A stretch of DNA of 54,267 nucleotides, filler included, from Stramenopiles sp. TOSAG23-2 (taxonomy: Eukaryota), in assembly GCA_900128395.1 (NCBI GenBank). It is 4 parts of 4 records of this genome, joined end to end, with 100 filler letters (N's around TTAATTAATTAA, not from the genome) between each part and the next. Parts side by side here need not be neighbours in the genome. Positions count along the whole stretch, not along the records: positions 40,829 to 54,267 come from LT649801.1; 3 more parts are not named here. One strand, given 5' to 3'. Under the pieces are notes generated by a model that was not told where the DNA came from, did not search any database, and worked only from the letters and a program-made list of their open reading frames with translations. Both the position numbers and the translations under genes were made by a program. Below, in pieces: positions 54,225 through 54,267 of this stretch. Numbering within the stretch: position 1 is the first letter of the stretch; each line of letters starts with the position of its first letter.

Positions 54225-54267
54225 GATAATTCCTACTCTTCAAAAGAATACAATAACACTGAAATAA
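54225..54267 (+). repeat. Copy of family C foldback arm at the window end
   Basis: GATAATTCCTACTCTTCAAAAGAATACAATAACACTGAAATAA resembles the reverse complement of 32497-32538. Confidence 0.75.

Noticed and set aside
1-54267. Stop-codon reassignment, selenoproteins, tRNA or rRNA genes
   Set aside because: ORF breaks are explained by GT-AG introns or artefacts; TAA, TAG and TGA all act as stops; no tRNA/rRNA signatures seen

Overview
AT-rich, gene-dense eukaryotic nuclear DNA. It uses the standard code and has short GT-AG introns with CTAAC/CTAAT branch sites and poly-Asn/Thr/Asp tracts. The style suggests a heterotrophic protist such as an uncultured stramenopile single-cell or metagenome assembly (inference only). 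The window is four unrelated contigs (13575, 13505, 13448 and 13439 bp, i.e. size-sorted) joined by N44-TTAATTAATTAA-N44 linkers, so neighbourhood across the gaps is meaningless. Recognisable genes: RECQL-type helicase, UTP6, SET-domain methyltransferase, secreted TPR-GT41 glycosyltransferase, lysophospholipase, DMT/MFS/CDF transporters, OYE-family flavin oxidoreductase, EF-hand and ankyrin proteins, a BRCA1/BARD1-like RING-BRCT gene head-to-head with HOP2, and an ANK + C-terminal F-box protein. Most striking: (1) a three-exon metallo-beta-lactamase-fold protein with a remodelled metal site, an inserted peptidoglycan-binding plus Tudor-like module, and a second C-terminal peptidoglycan-binding domain; (2) a secreted zeta/CDCA-like carbonic anhydrase homologue whose His ligand appears replaced by Cys; (3) a dispersed repeat with a 14-bp TSD and one-sided truncations (retroposon-like); (4) recurring promoter and 3'-end motifs. 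Several exact short duplications and inversions look like amplification or assembly artefacts. All family calls come from motif recognition by eye, not database searches.
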